The notes: generated by a model from the letters alone, not told the origin. Numbered from the stretch's first letter, positions 1 through 12,326 are shown. The stretch: 64,000 nt of DNA from Lentimicrobiaceae bacterium (GCA_037446395.1 JBBIIP010000012.1:9633-73632), one strand, 5' to 3'. Translations and numbers: made by a program.

Positions 1-712
1 GGAACACATGAAGGTGCTTTGAATAGGGGATGTAATTCAGAAAGATCAATACACCGGTGATGTGGAACCACCAGGTGAAACGCTCTATGGCAATCAATGT
101 ACCCTGTTGGTATCCTGCAATGAGCGGTTGAATCAGGCTGCTTACGAGAAAGGATCCTACGGGTTGATATCCTTCAGTTTGACGGGTTTGCAGGATGCTG
201 TCGGCAGCATTCATGAATAGGATTGAGCTCATCAGGAGGATTTCGGTAACAAGAATGATGTTGGCATCGGAGCGGGGCCAGGTCGTCATTTCGGAATTCC
301 AAAACCGTTTCAGCCTGAGAATATTTCTGCGTGCCAGAAAAACACCGCAAGCAACAATCACTGCCAACGCAAATAGCTCAAACACCGAGATAAGAATCGG
401 ATAGGCCCTACCAATGAACGCAAGCACCCGGTGGGTGCCTAAAATGCCATCAATGATTATTTCGAGCATCTCAATGTTTACCACTAGGAACCCGACATAA
501 ACAATGATATGCATGGCAGCAGAAAGAGGTCGAAAGGCCATCTTTGATTGCCCAATGGCCACCCTGCTCATGAGCTTCCATCGGGTTGCCCGATTGTCGT
601 TCATGTTAATTTTCTTTCCCATATTGATGTTCCGCGTGATCCTGCGAACATTTTTATAGAAAAGGGTGGCTGCGAGTAGAAGCAAAAGGCCGAAAAGTAA
701 GTTTGGAATCAT
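1..712 (-). CDS. (Fe-S)-binding oxidoreductase, N-terminal polytopic membrane domain; 5' part only, gene runs off the left edge
   Basis: Absent from the ORF track because it has no stop in the window. Hand translation from the ATG (revcomp of cat 710-712) is open down to position 1: MIPNLLFGLLLLLAATLFYKNVRRITRNINMGKK...VAIGQSKM...HIIVYVGFLVVNIEMLEIIIDG...IPYSKHLHVF. It has several hydrophobic helices and resembles the NarI/HdrE-like membrane module fused to CCG-type Fe-S oxidoreductases in Bacteroidota (from memory). Confidence 0.55.
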   Translation of the reverse strand, partial: MIPNLLFGLLLLLAATLFYKNVRRITRNINMGKKINMNDNRATRWKLMSRVAIGQSKMAFRPLSAAMHIIVYVGFLVVNIEMLEIIIDGILGTHRVLAFIGRAYPILISVFELFALAVIVACGVFLARRNILRLKRFWNSEMTTWPRSDANIILVTEILLMSSILFMNAADSILQTRQTEGYQPVGSFLVSSLIQPLIAGYQQGTLIAIERFTWWFHITGVLIFLNYIPYSKHLHVF

Positions 713-888
713 AGGCTCAAACCGGTTTTAAATGAAAGTTTTTGAGTTGATTATAATTGACGAATTAGCAGTTCTCCAGCTAATCATCAATGTTTGCTTG
801 AGCAACAAAATCTCAAATACAATATTAAACAAAATTCTTGTTGGCCTGCCTGGTCTAAAATTGGCCAGAATGTTCTCCTGCCTGGCTC

Positions 889-3237
889 TCAGAACATATC
901 ATTAAAACTATGCCCTTTCTTTTTTTGTTGCTTTTCAAATTCTTCGCAATTTGTTTCAACCCGAAGGCCTTGTAAAGGAGGCTCAAAGTCTCTTTTGGAA
1001 ATAGAAATGTCAGTATCGGCATAAATCTTCTTCATGTGGAGTGCCCAAATAGGCAAGGCAAGGTTAGCGCCCTGGCCAAGTGAAATGGTTCTGAAACGAA
1101 CGGTGCGGTCTTCTCCTCCAACCCACACTCCCGTGACTAAATCCGGCGTTATTCCCATGAACCATCCGTCTGATTGATCCTGTGTTGTGCCTGTTTTCCC
1201 TGCAATGGGGTTATTGAGCCCATATTTATATCTCAGGCGCACTCCGGTTCCGCTTTCAACAACGCCTTTCATCAACTGGAGCATAAGATATGCGGTTTCT
1301 TCGCTCATGGCTTCCTGTGAACGCGATCGGAAGCGAAATAAAATATTTCCATTTTTATCTTCGATGTGGCTCACAAAAATTGGTTCTATATAAACTCCCT
1401 TATTGGCATAGGCAGCCATGGCGCCGGTCATTTCGTATAAGGAAAGATCAGGGGTTCCCAGACAAATGGCAGGAACGGGGTCAATGGGTGCGGTAATGCC
1501 CATTTTTCGTGTCATTTTTATAACAGCCTCGGGTGGGTATCGTTTGATAAGAAATGCCGATACCCAATTGATAGAATTCGCCAGGGCTTCTTTTAGGGTA
1601 ACCATTTGGTTTTCCTTGTAATCAGATGAATTTTTAGGCTCCCATTTATCTCCGTTGGCAAGAGGGAAGCTCTGCTGCACATTTGGAACTTTTGTGCAAG
1701 GTTGGTATTCACCTTCCTGCATGGCAAGTGTATAGACAAACGGTTTGAAGGTAGAGCCTACCTGGCGACGTCCCATGACTACCTGATCATACTGAAAATG
1801 CTTGTAGTTGATCCCTCCTACATAAGCTCGTACAAAGCCCGTTTGCGGTTCAACCGACATGAGCGAAGCGCGTAAGTAGAATTTATAGTATCTGATTGAA
1901 TCAATCGGCGACATGATGGTGTCGCGCTCGCCCGACCACGAGAAGACCCTCATTGGTAAAGGTTTGCTAAAACTTAGCTGGATTGAATCAACCGACATAC
2001 CTGTGCGTTGCAGGTTACGCCAGCGATCGGAGCGGCGCATACTTTGTTCGATAATTTTGGCAATTTCGGTTGCTGCAGTGGTTCGCTCAAAATCAAAGGG
2101 TGCGTTTCGCGAACCCTTCCAATGCTTGAAAAACGCTGGTTGTATTTCTTGGGACAAATGCTCGGCAATGGCCTGTTCGGCATAACGCTGCATTTTTGAA
2201 TTGATGGTGGTGTGAATTTTAAGCCCGTCTTTGTATAAATTGTATCGCGTACCATCGGCTTTGACATTTTTATTCAGCCAGCCATACAACGGATTATTCG
2301 CCCATTGGGTCGAGTCTTCAGCAAACTTGTCTCGTGAGGAGTATCGGGATGCTTCGGGTTTTATTGCACTCATGGTCATGCGGAGATATTCACGCAAATA
2401 GGACGCCAGGCCTGCAACATGGTCTTGAAGCAAATAGTTCGACATATCTATTGGTTTCTCACGAAGTTGCTCCAATTCTGTAGGAGTTATAATTTTATAT
2501 TTCGCCATCTGCTTCAGTACCACATTGCGTCTTTCAAGGGCACGATCCGGATTTTTTATCGGGCTGAAACGTGAAGGGGCCTTAAGTATTCCAACCAAAA
2601 GTGCTGCTTCATCGGTGCTGAGTTCAGAAGGGGTTTTATTGAAAAATGTCTTGGCGGCGCTCTTGATTCCGAACGACTGGCTACCAAAATCAACGGTGTT
2701 GAAATACATGGCAATGATTTCTTCCTTGCTATAGTTGCGCTCAAGCTTCACGGCAACAACCCATTCCTTGAGCTTTATCAGCACAACCCCTACGAAGCTC
2801 CGGTTTGCCTTGCGTGGAAAGAGATTTTTTGCCAATTGTTGGGTAATGGTTGAGCCACCTCCTTTTTTAGTGCCGGTAATCAACCCGAAAGCAACGCGTA
2901 CGAAAGCCCGAAAGTCAATGCCCGAATGGCGTGTAAACCGGATATCTTCTGTAGCCAGAAGAGCATTGATCAGGTTGGGCGAAAGATCGGAATAATGGAT
3001 GTTTGATCTGTTTTCGATATAATATTTGCCGAGCAGTTCATGATCGGCTGACATAACTTCGCTGGCAAGATTGCTCTTGGGGTTTTCGAGTTCCTCGAAA
3101 CTTGGCATAAAGCCCATTAAACCCAATGAAATGGCTGCAAATAAAAGAATAACCATTCCAACTGCAACCAAATATCCTATCCAGAATTTCTTAAGGTAAT
3201 TGTGAAACATATCTTTCTTTTCTGCTTTTTTCTTCAT
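889..3237 (-). CDS. mrcA: Bifunctional penicillin-binding protein 1A (GT51 transglycosylase + transpeptidase)
   Basis: 782 aa with an N-terminal TM anchor. GT51 motifs EDIRFTRHSGID and GGSTITQQLAKN. Transpeptidase motifs STFK, SIN and KTGTT. Confidence 0.93.
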   Translation of the reverse strand: MKKKAEKKDMFHNYLKKFWIGYLVAVGMVILLFAAISLGLMGFMPSFEELENPKSNLASEVMSADHELLGKYYIENRSNIHYSDLSPNLINALLATEDIRFTRHSGIDFRAFVRVAFGLITGTKKGGGSTITQQLAKNLFPRKANRSFVGVVLIKLKEWVVAVKLERNYSKEEIIAMYFNTVDFGSQSFGIKSAAKTFFNKTPSELSTDEAALLVGILKAPSRFSPIKNPDRALERRNVVLKQMAKYKIITPTELEQLREKPIDMSNYLLQDHVAGLASYLREYLRMTMSAIKPEASRYSSRDKFAEDSTQWANNPLYGWLNKNVKADGTRYNLYKDGLKIHTTINSKMQRYAEQAIAEHLSQEIQPAFFKHWKGSRNAPFDFERTTAATEIAKIIEQSMRRSDRWRNLQRTGMSVDSIQLSFSKPLPMRVFSWSGERDTIMSPIDSIRYYKFYLRASLMSVEPQTGFVRAYVGGINYKHFQYDQVVMGRRQVGSTFKPFVYTLAMQEGEYQPCTKVPNVQQSFPLANGDKWEPKNSSDYKENQMVTLKEALANSINWVSAFLIKRYPPEAVIKMTRKMGITAPIDPVPAICLGTPDLSLYEMTGAMAAYANKGVYIEPIFVSHIEDKNGNILFRFRSRSQEAMSEETAYLMLQLMKGVVESGTGVRLRYKYGLNNPIAGKTGTTQDQSDGWFMGITPDLVTGVWVGGEDRTVRFRTISLGQGANLALPIWALHMKKIYADTDISISKRDFEPPLQGLRVETNCEEFEKQQKKKGHSFNDMF

Positions 3238-3271
3238 GATTCATTCAGTCAGTAAAAGGTCCGTGAGCTTT

Positions 3272-3766
3272 TTAATGTAGTTCTATTTTTAAACCCACAT
3301 CGGTAATCCCCTGAAGGGTTTCATCACGCATAGCCTGCTCAAGCATAAAATTATATGTGCCGGTATCAGGCAGCGAAAGATATTCTCTGATCAAAAAATT
3401 GTTTTCTTTAATTCTGCCTATGCCCTTTCCCAACCAGTTTCCATAGCGGTCGGCCAGGATGCATTCGATTGTATCGCGCTGCTGCTTCCCGGTGGGGTTG
3501 GTGGTGGTAAGGAAGAAAAAAATATTGCTGTACGCATAGTCTGTATTGTTTCGAACATGCAGGATTAGCCTGTAATCCTGTTTCTTCTGTTTTACTTTCA
3601 CATTGAAATTGGGTTTGAATTTCATATTCCATGCTTCGCCCGGAATGGTATAAAATTCATTAAAAAACGGAGGGCTGCTGCAGCTCATTACTAAAAACAC
3701 AACCATTGCCCCAAAAGCTATCTGTTGCAGCATCGTTAACGGGGGGCGGTTTCTCTTATTATTCAT
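3272..3766 (-). CDS. gldH: Gliding-motility lipoprotein GldH
   Basis: 164 aa. Lipoprotein signal ends in ...VMSCSS. The pattern YRLILHVRNNTDYAYSNIFFFL...GNWLGKGIG...LEQAMRD..LQGITDVGLKIE matches my recollection of Flavobacterium GldH (TIGR03511-like). Confidence 0.75.
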   Translation of the reverse strand: MNNKRNRPPLTMLQQIAFGAMVVFLVMSCSSPPFFNEFYTIPGEAWNMKFKPNFNVKVKQKKQDYRLILHVRNNTDYAYSNIFFFLTTTNPTGKQQRDTIECILADRYGNWLGKGIGRIKENNFLIREYLSLPDTGTYNFMLEQAMRDETLQGITDVGLKIELH

Positions 3767-3818
3767 GAAGGCTAATCATTGGTTTTGACTCAGATGCAAC
3801 GATTCTGACACCAGCAGA

Positions 3819-4934
3819 TTATTCTTTGTCGAAGCGGGTGAGGTCGTCATGACCGACAACATTCTCGAAATCAATTTTTTGTTCCTTCTTTTTGGCAAAG
3901 TCTTCAAGTTTTTCAGGGAATATCCCTTTGGCATTATCTTCGATGATAAGTTTGACCTTATTATATGGAATAGCAAGCAGATTTGACATATCTCTTGTGT
4001 AGGAGTACCACATAAGGCCTTTAAAAACATCTGATTTCTGGAATACTGCTTCTCCTTTTTTGGTTTTTAACATAATCTGGTTCGAAGGGAAGTTTTTTAT
4101 TGCATCGCAGTAAGCAAGATATTCGTAGTTTAAGCAGCATTTGAGCTTTGAGCATTGCCCTGCCAGCTTTTGTGGACTCAGCGAAAGTTGTTGGGTTCGG
4201 GCTGAGTTTGTAGATACGGAACTGAAACTATTGAGCCATACCGAACAGCATAATTCTCTGCCGCAAGAACCCAATCCACCCAACCGGCTTGCTTCCTGGC
4301 GCATGCCTATTTGCCGCATTTCGACACGGATTCGGAAGCGCTCAGCAAGTTTTCTGATAAGTTCCCTGAAATCTACCCGTTCTTCGGCAGTGTAGTAAAA
4401 TATTGCCTTGGTTCCATCGCCCTGGTATTCTATATCATTGACCTTCATTTTCAAATTCAGGGAGGCGGCAATTTCGCGTGTTTCGTGGAAGGTTTTGTTT
4501 TCTGAATTAACCGCAGTTATCCATTTTTCGATATCAACCGACCTGGCTTTCCGATAAACTTTTTTGAGCTCCACCTTATTTGGATTGATGCGGCGTTTAC
4601 GCATTTGAAGCTTAACAAGTTCTCCCGTAAGACTTATTATGCCCAGGTCATGGCCCGGTGATGCTTCAACTGCAACAATATCACCTATATGAAGGTTCAT
4701 TGGATATGAGAGGCAGAAGAACTCTTTGCGGTTATTTTTGAAGCGCACCTCAACACAGTCATATGGCTGTTTTCCCTCGGGCAGCGGAATGTCTTTCAAC
4801 CAGTCGGTTACATCGAACTTTGCACAACCATGGCCTTTAAAGCACCCGTTAGTGTCGTTTAATTCAGGTTTCCTATAGCAGCCACGCGAATAAAAAGGGT
4901 GCTCCTGGTTATATGGTGTATCCGTTTCTTTCAT
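3819..4934 (-). CDS. PSP1 domain protein (RicT / stage 0 sporulation YaaT-like)
   Basis: 371 aa. Cys-rich PSP1 core GSCGRELCCSVWL...CSKLKCCLNYE. Lies directly downstream of holB, as in many bacteria. Confidence 0.85.
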   Translation of the reverse strand: MKETDTPYNQEHPFYSRGCYRKPELNDTNGCFKGHGCAKFDVTDWLKDIPLPEGKQPYDCVEVRFKNNRKEFFCLSYPMNLHIGDIVAVEASPGHDLGIISLTGELVKLQMRKRRINPNKVELKKVYRKARSVDIEKWITAVNSENKTFHETREIAASLNLKMKVNDIEYQGDGTKAIFYYTAEERVDFRELIRKLAERFRIRVEMRQIGMRQEASRLGGLGSCGRELCCSVWLNSFSSVSTNSARTQQLSLSPQKLAGQCSKLKCCLNYEYLAYCDAIKNFPSNQIMLKTKKGEAVFQKSDVFKGLMWYSYTRDMSNLLAIPYNKVKLIIEDNAKGIFPEKLEDFAKKKEQKIDFENVVGHDDLTRFDKE

Positions 4935-5048
4935 GATTGATTGTCCTGACCGGCTACCAATTGTTCTTTATAGAGTATTTTTCAGATGACCCTGGCATAT
5001 GGCAGCAATGTGCAAATGTAAATAAATTTTGTGAGATGCCTGAATTGC

Positions 5049-6182
5049 TTAGGTACCCCGCAGCAAACGGGCGATTTGTAGTGAGGTGCTCATGAAAACA
5101 AGGGTGGGGTTGGCATTGCGTTCGATATGGGTTATGCATTGGTTGAAGAGGTTATAATATTCGTTGATATTATCAGGGTAAATTCGTGAGGAGAATTTCA
5201 TCAAAAATTCCTTTTCCTCTCCTTCCAAAGATAGTTTTTCTGGCAAGAGGTTATAGATCATGCACTCCCTGATTGCTTGCTGGGCAAAAGCCAGAAAGCT
5301 TTTTTGTCGCTCTCTGCCCAGTTTTGCTGCGGTCGAAACCCATTCATTTAGAGGCTCGATCTTTGAAGTATAGCATAACCGCATCCATTGCCTGAACAAA
5401 ATGAAAAACTCACCCGAGTCGGGATTGGCCAGATAATCAATTGCCTGAATAAGGCTGCCTTCTGCGGCCTGGGCGGCAGTTCTGGCATCCTTCGAATCAT
5501 AGTTATATTTATTAATCAGGGCTTCTTGTAATTCATGTTCGCCAAGCCTGGGTAGTTTCACCAGTTGGGTGCGCGAAAGGATGGTGGGAATAATCAGGCC
5601 CGGCTCTTCGGCCACCAATAAAAACAATGTTTTGTCGGGTGGTTCTTCAAGTATTTTAAGGAGTTTGGGGGCTGCAGCATGAAATAATTTTTCAACCATC
5701 CAGATAATCATCACCTTGTATTCTGCTTCGTAGGCTTTGTAGCTCAGGGTTCTGATCAGGTCGTTGCAGTCTTCGGCATTGATAATTCCCTGCTTGTTCT
5801 CAATCCCAATTTTATTATACCACTTTGGCAAATCAATATACCCTTTATGTTCGATTACAAATTCCCGCCAATGGCTCAGGAATGCTTTGCTCGTAGGTTT
5901 TTTTTCAACATCGCGGGTGGTTGCAACGGGATAGATAAAGTGCAAATCGGGATGAACGAGTTGATTGTATTTTCTACATGAAGGGCAGGAATCACAGGAG
6001 TCGGTGCTATGAAATTCGCGGTTTTTGCAGTTGACGAATTGGGCAAAGGCCATTGCCAGAGGAAAAGTGCCGCTTCCTGCATTTCCAAGAAAAAGTTGTG
6101 CATGGCTGATGCGGTTTTGGCGTGCTGTCTGAGCCAGTTGCTCCTTAATGGCTTGTTGGCCGATGATATCGCTAAAACGCAT
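5049..6182 (-). CDS. holB: DNA polymerase III subunit delta'
   Basis: Motifs MRFSDIIGQ..., LFLGNAGSG, zinc module CDSCPSCRKY..HPD, and SRTQ. The track ORF extends to 6215. I prefer the ATG at 6182 because homologues start M-x-F-x-x-(I/V)-x-GQ and this removes the overlap with the upstream gene. Confidence 0.88.
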   Translation of the reverse strand: MRFSDIIGQQAIKEQLAQTARQNRISHAQLFLGNAGSGTFPLAMAFAQFVNCKNREFHSTDSCDSCPSCRKYNQLVHPDLHFIYPVATTRDVEKKPTSKAFLSHWREFVIEHKGYIDLPKWYNKIGIENKQGIINAEDCNDLIRTLSYKAYEAEYKVMIIWMVEKLFHAAAPKLLKILEEPPDKTLFLLVAEEPGLIIPTILSRTQLVKLPRLGEHELQEALINKYNYDSKDARTAAQAAEGSLIQAIDYLANPDSGEFFILFRQWMRLCYTSKIEPLNEWVSTAAKLGRERQKSFLAFAQQAIRECMIYNLLPEKLSLEGEEKEFLMKFSSRIYPDNINEYYNLFNQCITHIERNANPTLVFMSTSLQIARLLRGT

Positions 6183-6187
6183 AGAGC

Positions 6188-6811
6188 CTATTGAATCAGA
6201 AATAATGTTGAACATACCGAAAATCCCACGAGCCAGCCGGTGAATACTTGCGCCGGGCTGTGGGCCTGAAGCCTGAGTCTGGAAAAACCCATGACCCCGC
6301 TCAAAACAATCAAACCCATAATTATCAATGGCTTATCTATCAGCATCTGCATTGATAAGCCAACCATTATCCCGGTAAGACCTCCAACACCCATCATGTG
6401 GGTGCAAATTTTCCAAAAAAACCGGATGCCGATAACAATGACAACCAACACAACAGCCCCGATCATGATTGCATAGAAAACAGGCGAAACATCAAGTTTC
6501 TGTAAAAGATAATACGCTGAAAGATAGAGCACTGAAGTAATTGCAAAAAGCATGTGCTCTTTTTCTCGAGCAGCAGGCGCCTCTTTGCGGATGAGCCCTG
6601 TTTTTGTCAGGAATAGCCAGGAAAGCAAGGGAAGAAGAAAAGTAAGAATGAAAACGAGGGCTATGATCATCAACCGGGCTTTCATCGGAATGATCATAGA
6701 AAAATATACATTTTCGCTTAATAACAAAACAAAGGCATAAGTGGCAATCAAAAGCGGATGAAAAAGGCATGAAATATACTGGGCTGCTTTGATTTCCAAT
6801 TTTTCGGGCAT
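6188..6811 (-). CDS. Polytopic membrane protein, PAP2 phosphatase-like with degenerate motifs
   Basis: 207 aa with about 6 TM helices. C2-like CTH and C3-like SRLRLQAHSPAQ, where the expected final Asp is Gln. No clear KxxxxxxRP motif. Confidence 0.4.
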   Translation of the reverse strand: MPEKLEIKAAQYISCLFHPLLIATYAFVLLLSENVYFSMIIPMKARLMIIALVFILTFLLPLLSWLFLTKTGLIRKEAPAAREKEHMLFAITSVLYLSAYYLLQKLDVSPVFYAIMIGAVVLVVIVIGIRFFWKICTHMMGVGGLTGIMVGLSMQMLIDKPLIIMGLIVLSGVMGFSRLRLQAHSPAQVFTGWLVGFSVCSTLFLIQ

Positions 6812-6839
6812 TTCTAAAGTTGAGTTGGATGTTGTCGTT

Positions 6840-8318
6840 TCAAAGTTCCTTACGCAGGCGGGCTACGGGTATGTTTAATTGCTCACGATACTTTGCAACA
6901 GTTCTCCTGGCAATATTATACCCCTTTTCTTTCAGGATCAATGTGAGTTGGTCATCGGTGAGGGGTTTTGCTTTCGACTCGGCCTCGATGCAGTCGCTCA
7001 GGATCTTTTTTATTTCGCGGGTTGAAACTTCCTCGCCACTGTCGGTTTGCATTGATTCGGAAAAGAAGCTTTTGAGGAGGAATGTGCCATAGGCAGTTTG
7101 AACATATTTGCTGTTGGCCACTCTTGAAACGGTTGATATATCAAGGTTCACAACTTCTGCAATATCTTTCAGGATCATCGGGCGCAATTTGGTTTCATCG
7201 CCATGAAGAAAATACTCGCGCTGATAATCCATGATGGCTTTCATGGTCGAATAGAGTGTGTTTTGGCGTTGCCTGATAGCATCTATGAACCATCGGGCTG
7301 AATCAATCTTCTGCTTAATGAACATTACTGCTTCCTTCTGTTGCGGGTTATTCTTGCTCTTATTTTCTATAAAAGACTCAAGCATATCAACATAGGTTCG
7401 ATTCAGGCGGATTTCCGGTGCATTTTTTGAATTGAGGGTGAGAACAAGATCGCCATCAATGGTGTTTATCACAAAGTCGGGGATAATATATTGTTGCTGA
7501 CGTTGGCTTTCGCCACCCGTATCGCCCGGCTTTGGGTTGAGCCTGAGTATTTCGTCCATGGCTTCTTTTAACTCCTCCTCAGTGATCTGGGCTTTCTTTA
7601 TTATCTTATCGAAATGTCTTTTTGTGAATTCTTCGAAATACTCAGTAAGCAAAAAAGTGGCGCGTTTAATCGCGGGAGTTTGTTTGTGGCGCTTCAATTG
7701 CAAAAGCAAACATTCTTTCAGGTTTCGTGCTGCAATACCAGGTGGGTCAAGGTCTTGAACAATTCTAAGAACTTCTTCAATTTCTTTGGTGTTGGTGATC
7801 AGGTTTTGAGAAAAAGCAAGATCGTCGGCCATGGCCGATAGATCACGTTGCAGATAGCCTGAATCATCGAGGTTGCCGATGATGGTTTGGGCGATGATCA
7901 TTTGCTTGCGGTCGAGGTCGCGCAAACTGAGTTGGGTGAGTAGTTGCTCGGAAAATGAAATAGCTGATACAAAGGGAGCCTGCCGGGGTTCATCATCGCT
8001 GCTGATGTTGTGCTCAGCCATTCGGTATGAAGGAACATCGTCCTGGTCATCTATATAATCGCTCAAATCGAATTCATCACCGCTGTCAGGGGCTTCGTCT
8101 TCAAAATCTTCGCCTTCGGAGTTGTTTTCGGTACTGTTCTGATCCTGATTGGGTGAGTTGTCTGATTCGCCGAACTCTTCGAGTGCGGGGTTTTCTTCAA
8201 TCTCTTGTTTTATCCTCTGTTCAAGGGCCATAGAAGGTATCTGCAATAGCTTCATCAGCAGGATTTGCTGCGGAGAAAGCTTTTGCATTAATTTTTGCTG
8301 CATTTTCTGATTCAGCAT
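6840..8318 (-). CDS. rpoN: RNA polymerase sigma-54 factor
   Basis: 492 aa. N-terminus MLNQKMQQKLMQKLSPQQILLMKLLQ, an acidic region II, and the C-terminal RpoN box ARRTVAKYREQL. Confidence 0.96.
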   Translation of the reverse strand: MLNQKMQQKLMQKLSPQQILLMKLLQIPSMALEQRIKQEIEENPALEEFGESDNSPNQDQNSTENNSEGEDFEDEAPDSGDEFDLSDYIDDQDDVPSYRMAEHNISSDDEPRQAPFVSAISFSEQLLTQLSLRDLDRKQMIIAQTIIGNLDDSGYLQRDLSAMADDLAFSQNLITNTKEIEEVLRIVQDLDPPGIAARNLKECLLLQLKRHKQTPAIKRATFLLTEYFEEFTKRHFDKIIKKAQITEEELKEAMDEILRLNPKPGDTGGESQRQQQYIIPDFVINTIDGDLVLTLNSKNAPEIRLNRTYVDMLESFIENKSKNNPQQKEAVMFIKQKIDSARWFIDAIRQRQNTLYSTMKAIMDYQREYFLHGDETKLRPMILKDIAEVVNLDISTVSRVANSKYVQTAYGTFLLKSFFSESMQTDSGEEVSTREIKKILSDCIEAESKAKPLTDDQLTLILKEKGYNIARRTVAKYREQLNIPVARLRKEL

Positions 8319-8420
8319 ACCTTCATAATTTATGTCTAAACGGTATCAGGCATCCCTCTATTGTGGACACCACTAATATACGAAAATAACCTGAACGGAT
8401 AGCGGGATTAAGAATTAATT

Positions 8421-9827
8421 CTAAAATTCTGCATTTTGTGGTGTGCGAGGAAAGGGAATCACATCGCGTATGTTGGTCATTCCAGTAACAAAAAGCATTA
8501 ATCGTTCAAACCCTAGTCCAAATCCGCTATGGGGGGCTGATCCAAACCGGCGTGTATCGAGGTACCACCAAAGTTCTTCTTCGTGAATCTGGAGTTCAAT
8601 CATGCGTTTATGCAATTTTTCATAGTCTTCCTCTCGCTGCGAACCTCCAATGATCTCACCGATGCGTGGAAACAATACGTCCATGGCTCTCACTGTTTTG
8701 CCATCCTCGTTTTGTTTCATATAAAATGCTTTTATTTCTTTGGGATACCCGGTCAGGATCACCGGTTTTTTGAAGTGCTTCTCCACAAGATAACGCTCAT
8801 GCTCGGCTTGCAGATCGGATCCCCAGGCAATCGGAAATTCCCATTTCTGGCCAGCCTTCAATAATATTTCGATCGCTTCGGTATAGGTAAGGCGTTCGAA
8901 TTTGCTGTCGGCAACAAAATGCAGGCGTTCGATAAGTTCTTTGTCGTACATATCATTCAGAAACTGCAGATCCTCTGGGCAATTATCGAGTGCATACCTG
9001 ACAAGGTATTTCAGAAAATCTTCGGCCAAATCCATGTTATCATGAATGTCGTAAAATGCCATTTCAGGCTCGATCATCCAAAATTCAGCAAGGTGGCGGG
9101 GGGTATTTGAGTTTTCGGCACGAAAAGTTGGGCCAAACGTATAAACATTTGAAAGAGCAAGGGCGCCTAATTCGGCTTCGAGCTGTCCGGAAACAGTCAG
9201 ATTGGTGGGCTTGCCGAAAAAATCTTCTGCATAATTCACCGACCCGTCTTCTTTCAACGGTGGATTTTTGGCATCAAGAGTCGTTACCCTGAACATGGCA
9301 CCGGCGCCTTCGGCATCTGAGCCTGTGATGATGGGAGAATGAATGTAGTAAAAACCTTTATCGTTGAAATACTTATTGATTGCGAAAGCCATGGCATGGC
9401 GAAGGCGCAGCACAGCCCCAAAAGTGTTTGTTCGTGGTCTTAAATGCGCAATTTCGCGCAGGAACTCCAGGGAGTGCCCTTTTTTTTGCAGCGGATAGGT
9501 TTCGGGGTCGGCCGAACCAAAGATAATAATTTCTTTTGCCTGAATTTCGACCTGTTGGCCCTGGCCGGGCGACTCAACGAGTATGCCGTTTACTGAAAGA
9601 CAAGCCCCTGTTGTTACTGGTTTAAGTGTTTCCTCACCAAACATTTGCACATCGGCCACAATCTGAATACTATGGATTATCGAGCCGTCGTTCAAGGCAA
9701 TAAATGCTACATTTTTATTTCCTCTTTTGGTTCTTACCCACCCTTTTACATTCACCAGGTTCCCAACCGGCAGTTTCCCTGATGGTTTTAGCAGGTCTTT
9801 AATCCTTGTTCGTTTAGTTGTTTCCAT
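8421..9827 (-). CDS. asnS: Asparagine--tRNA ligase
   Basis: 468 aa. OB-fold N-terminus [23 protein letters not shown]. Class II motifs [21 protein letters not shown] and GFGLGFERL. Confidence 0.95.
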   Translation of the reverse strand: METTKRTRIKDLLKPSGKLPVGNLVNVKGWVRTKRGNKNVAFIALNDGSIIHSIQIVADVQMFGEETLKPVTTGACLSVNGILVESPGQGQQVEIQAKEIIIFGSADPETYPLQKKGHSLEFLREIAHLRPRTNTFGAVLRLRHAMAFAINKYFNDKGFYYIHSPIITGSDAEGAGAMFRVTTLDAKNPPLKEDGSVNYAEDFFGKPTNLTVSGQLEAELGALALSNVYTFGPTFRAENSNTPRHLAEFWMIEPEMAFYDIHDNMDLAEDFLKYLVRYALDNCPEDLQFLNDMYDKELIERLHFVADSKFERLTYTEAIEILLKAGQKWEFPIAWGSDLQAEHERYLVEKHFKKPVILTGYPKEIKAFYMKQNEDGKTVRAMDVLFPRIGEIIGGSQREEDYEKLHKRMIELQIHEEELWWYLDTRRFGSAPHSGFGLGFERLMLFVTGMTNIRDVIPFPRTPQNAEF

Positions 9828-10088
9828 GTATTTGGCTCAAATATTTTATGCAAAAGAACAATTATTTTTTCTTTTGGCCTAAAAGCCCAGGGTCTGGCAT
9901 TGACGAAAAACCATTTTATTGTCCGAAACTTGTTCTTTTCTATGAAGCCTTGCGAATTAAAAATATTCCTTTAGGTATAATTTGAAAATCATTGTCTTTG
10001 TGAGGGACTGTTAATTCGTATAAAGTAGCTCGGCTTTCTCCCAAATTAAATTCTCTTTTATAAAATGCTTTTAATATTAAGAATATAT

Positions 10089-10096
10089 TATATTTG
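10089..10096 (+). promoter_or_regulatory. Putative Bacteroidota sigma-A -7 box (TAnnTTTG) for the AOS/SDR pair
   Basis: Exact match TATATTTG, ending 28 nt upstream of the ATG at 10125. Confidence 0.4.
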
Positions 10097-10112
10097 CCCA
10101 CTTTACGAATAA

Positions 10113-11336
<1,224 letters not shown>

Positions 11337-11337
11337 A

Positions 11338-12156
11338 ATGATTGCCATGAAATCTGCCAAGGTAATTCTGATCACCGGAATTTCGACTGGTTTTGGAAAA
11401 GAAATTGCCTTGCAGCTTGCCAACCAGGGCCATGTGGTTTATGGCACGCTCCGAAAAACCATCCCGGTTGATCATAGGATCAACACCATTTTGATGGAGC
11501 TGATTGACCCTGTTTCGATAAAATCAGCAGCAAAACATGTTGTTGAGCGCGAAGGAAAGATTGACGTGTTGATCAATAATGCCGGAATGCACCTGGGTGG
11601 GCCCATCGAAATAACGCCTGCCGAAGATTTTGAACGACAAATGGCTATCGGATTCAACGGCGTGGTGCGCCTAACGCAGGCCGTGCTGCCAACTATGAGG
11701 CAACAAGGCTCGGGTCTGATTATTAACGTCAGTTCAATCGGGGGGCTGATGGGACTGCCTTTTCAGGGGTTTTATTCTGCAGCCAAATTTGCCATCGAGG
11801 GATTCAGCGAAAGCCTTCGGATGGAGGTAAATCCATTTAATATCAAAGTGGTGGTTATCAATCCGGGTGACTTCAGAACAAGCAACACTGCCAACCGAAA
11901 AAACATTTTGTTGGATGGTCCTTATCTCGGGCAATACCAAAAAACACTTTCTATTATTGAGTCAGATGAAATAGGAGGCTGGCCTCCAGAAATCCTTGCG
12001 CATAAAATTTGTAAGATTATCGAGTGCCGAAACCCAAAACAACGCTATATCATTGGATCGCTGGAACAAAAAATGGCTGTTTGGATAAAGCGCCTGCTAC
12101 CTGGGCCGATGTTTCGTAAAATGCTTGCGGCGCATTATGGAATGAAGCAGCGATAA
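11338..12156 (+). CDS. Classical short-chain dehydrogenase/reductase; candidate 3-keto long-chain-base reductase
   Basis: Motifs TGISTGFG (cofactor), NNAG and YSAAK (catalytic). The ATG at 11338 lies 1 nt after the upstream TGA. The track ORF start at 11284 overlaps the previous gene and is rejected. Confidence 0.85.
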   Translation: MIAMKSAKVILITGISTGFGKEIALQLANQGHVVYGTLRKTIPVDHRINTILMELIDPVSIKSAAKHVVEREGKIDVLINNAGMHLGGPIEITPAEDFERQMAIGFNGVVRLTQAVLPTMRQQGSGLIINVSSIGGLMGLPFQGFYSAAKFAIEGFSESLRMEVNPFNIKVVVINPGDFRTSNTANRKNILLDGPYLGQYQKTLSIIESDEIGGWPPEILAHKICKIIECRNPKQRYIIGSLEQKMAVWIKRLLPGPMFRKMLAAHYGMKQR

Positions 12157-12326
12157 CCCGCTAAAAAAATTATTCCCATTGCTTGTTTTTCAGGTGGCTG
12201 ATGCCGATTCGCCCTTTTGATATTGTTTGGTTTCATCCCCGGCAGGCGATACCGCATTCAGGGGCAGCAGGTTGCATCATACCGCCTTATAAGAATACAT
12301 GAGGAATGCCTCATTCTCAAATTTAC

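Noticed and set aside
845-897. Duplicated CCTGCCTGG (845-853 and 877-885) and hairpin ATGTTCT/AGAACAT (870-876 / 891-897) overlapping the mrcA stop, considered as a terminator or repeat element.
   Set aside because: The stem is 7 bp with a 14-nt loop and no convincing U tract. The 9-mer duplication is too short to call a repeat family.
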